64,000 nt of DNA from Proteromonas lacertae (lineage: Eukaryota). Below, one piece after another: positions 62,107 to 64,000 of this stretch. The position numbers and the translations under genes were made by a program. The notes under the pieces were generated by a model. That model saw nothing but the letters and a program-made list of their open reading frames with translations. It made no database searches and was not told where the DNA came from. The stretch is from the NCBI GenBank assembly GCA_002245135.1, contig NGBS01001160.1:620001-684000 (forward strand), given 5' to 3'. Positions within the stretch are counted from its first letter, which is position 1; each line of letters begins with the position of its first letter.

Positions 62107-62202
62107 TATTTTAGATTTGTTCTCTCAGAAATACAAAAGAATCTAAAAAAGCAAATTTGGTTTATGAAAAAAACATTTTGGTATTAATTTTTAAAAAGTG
62201 TT

Positions 62203-62934
62203 TTATCTGGGTGGAAGACCATATTTTTCTGGATTAAAATCATTTAATGTGTTTAATACTTCATCAGCATCTGTAAACAAACTTAAATTATGAATCTCTC
62301 CAGGAATAGCAATTGCAGTCATTCCAGCAGCTTTAGAACCTTTTATACCATTTACACTATCTTCAAACACAATACAATCTTTCGGTGATACTTTCATCTT
62401 TTCTGCTGCCTTTAAAAAGATATCTGGTGCTGGCTTACCATTTATTACTTCATTTCCTGTTGCCATACATTCAAAACGTTTTAACATTTCTGGATGCCTT
62501 TCCATTTTCTTATATACTGATTCTGGAATTGAAGAAGTTGCTAGACATTGCCTTATGTTGTGATTGAAAAAATATTCTGTCAATTCATTTGCTCCAACAG
62601 TATATTCTGCATCTGACATCACTTCTTGACAATATCTTTCCCATCTCTCATTCTATTGTTTTTATATCACATAATTATAAATATACATATTCTTCTATTG
62701 TAATTGGCAATTGCATTGAATTTATTATTATCTCAGAATGTTTTGATTGATTAACACCAATAACACTTTCCCTCACATCTCTTGGTAATTTGCTAGAGTC
62801 TTTTCCACACTCATCTATAATTCTGTGAATGATTTTTTCGTTGATTATTTCTGTAATTAAAAGAGTTCCATCTAAATCCCATATTATACACTTTTTAACT
62901 ATTTATCAATGTATATGAATAATATACCAGACAT
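62203..62934 (-). CDS. HAD-family phosphatase (HDHD1/pseudouridine-5'-phosphatase-like)
   Basis: WDLDGTLL, LATSS, GKPAPDIFL, VFEDSVNG; two short introns. Confidence 0.88.
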
Positions 62935-63097
62935 TATATGTTATTAATTTAGAAAATTAGCTTGTTAGTAATGAATAATATACTATTTTAATTATTTGGT
63001 GTAACGAAAAGAAACACTATTTTCGTACACCACTACATTAAAATTGTAAATTTCTCCCCATAAACATAACTAAAATAACGCTATAGGTTTATAATAA

Positions 63098-64000
63098 TTA
63101 ATCTTGAGATGGTTTCTTTTGAATGAATCTCTGAGTTTCTTCATTTGCATGAGCATGTTCTAAATCTAAATACTCTTCATCATCTTGTCTTCTTTCTTCA
63201 GGTAAATTCATATAAACAGTTTTAACTCTAGATGGTCTAAATACACACATCACAACTAAGAAAGCAACTAAAAACAAAATTTCCCATCCACCATACATTA
63301 AGCTATATAAATAAAAACAATAATTCAAATATATATATATACAACCAGTAAACTCTCCATACAACAGTCATATTACCTTTCAACCATCTTCCAAAAATAA
63401 CAAATTGAACAAAAACAGAGAAAGTGATCATCAAATATAATAAATACTTCATAGTACTAAATTTCTTAGATGTTTGAGCTTGATCTGAAGTTTCTAAATC
63501 AACTTGTAAAGATTTTATATTCTTCAATAACCAATAGAATAATATTGAATCTAATATTGATGTAAATATTTGAGTAATATATGTTGCTGAATGAGTTAAT
63601 CCATTTGGTAACATAAACACTACTAACTGGAAAAATGTCATTGTAATATAAACCATTCCAAAACAAGTGGCTTTACAGAGCACTTGACCCATTGCTGGAC
63701 GTGTAGTACCAAAACCCATTGTAACAAATAAAAAGAATATTCTACTAATAGTTTTTCTACATGCATATATAAATGCAGTGAATAGAAATAGCATAATATT
63801 AGCAGAACCATTCTTATTATATCCATCATAATATGAATGTACAAATGCTGTATCAATAACACAGAAAATAAGAACGATAAGTATCCATACTTGAATAGTA
63901 TGAAATGAACAGGTGAATAAACAAAAAGCAAACCAATTGATGAGTAAAATTACATAGATTATAGTTAAAGCTATTCATAAATTAATATATAAATACCATA
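63098..64000 (-). CDS. TMEM87/GOST (lung seven-TM receptor family) membrane protein, 5' part outside the window
   Basis: MGFGTTRP, LDSILFYWLL, WEILFL...VFRPS; multiple TM helices; short introns. Confidence 0.8.

Noticed and set aside
1..64000. Alternative genetic code (stop reassignment) to explain in-frame stops
   Set aside because: Core genes end in TAA/TAG and their breaks are explained by short introns or frameshifts; in-frame stops are confined to decayed fragments.

Overview
AT-rich eukaryotic nuclear DNA with very short (~25-50 nt) GT-AG introns. Intron size and gene content suggest an anaerobic stramenopile gut protist (Blastocystis-like); this is an inference. The window has three parts. 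(1) Left core, 1-13.9 kb: a frameshifted BTB/BACK-Ig-SPRY-type gene and a large intron-containing DNA-PKcs gene. (2) A ~43.8-kb accessory island, 13985-57773, bracketed by matching TA-flanked Tc1/IS630-type inverted ends, with a decayed IS630/Tc1 transposase just inside the right end. The island carries a dense cluster of about 16 Golgi-type glycan synthesis and modification genes: GT31 x4, GT92, GT77, GT2-like, GT-B, a fucosyltransferase, DUF1647, DUF229, four methyltransferases and an AT3-SGNH O-acetyltransferase. It also holds a higher-GC intronless virus-like segment with a repeated terminus and a long hairpin junction, a Polinton-type protein-primed PolB fragment, three hAT elements with 8-bp TSDs, a MULE/SWIM remnant, a family of TGTTGTGC-ended MITEs, and deleted fragments of host genes (dynein heavy chain, PCCA, GH38). 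(3) Right core, 58.7-64 kb: Mis12, gamma carbonic anhydrase, an alpha/beta hydrolase, a HAD phosphatase and a TMEM87/GOST protein. All calls come from motif recognition by eye; no searches were run.
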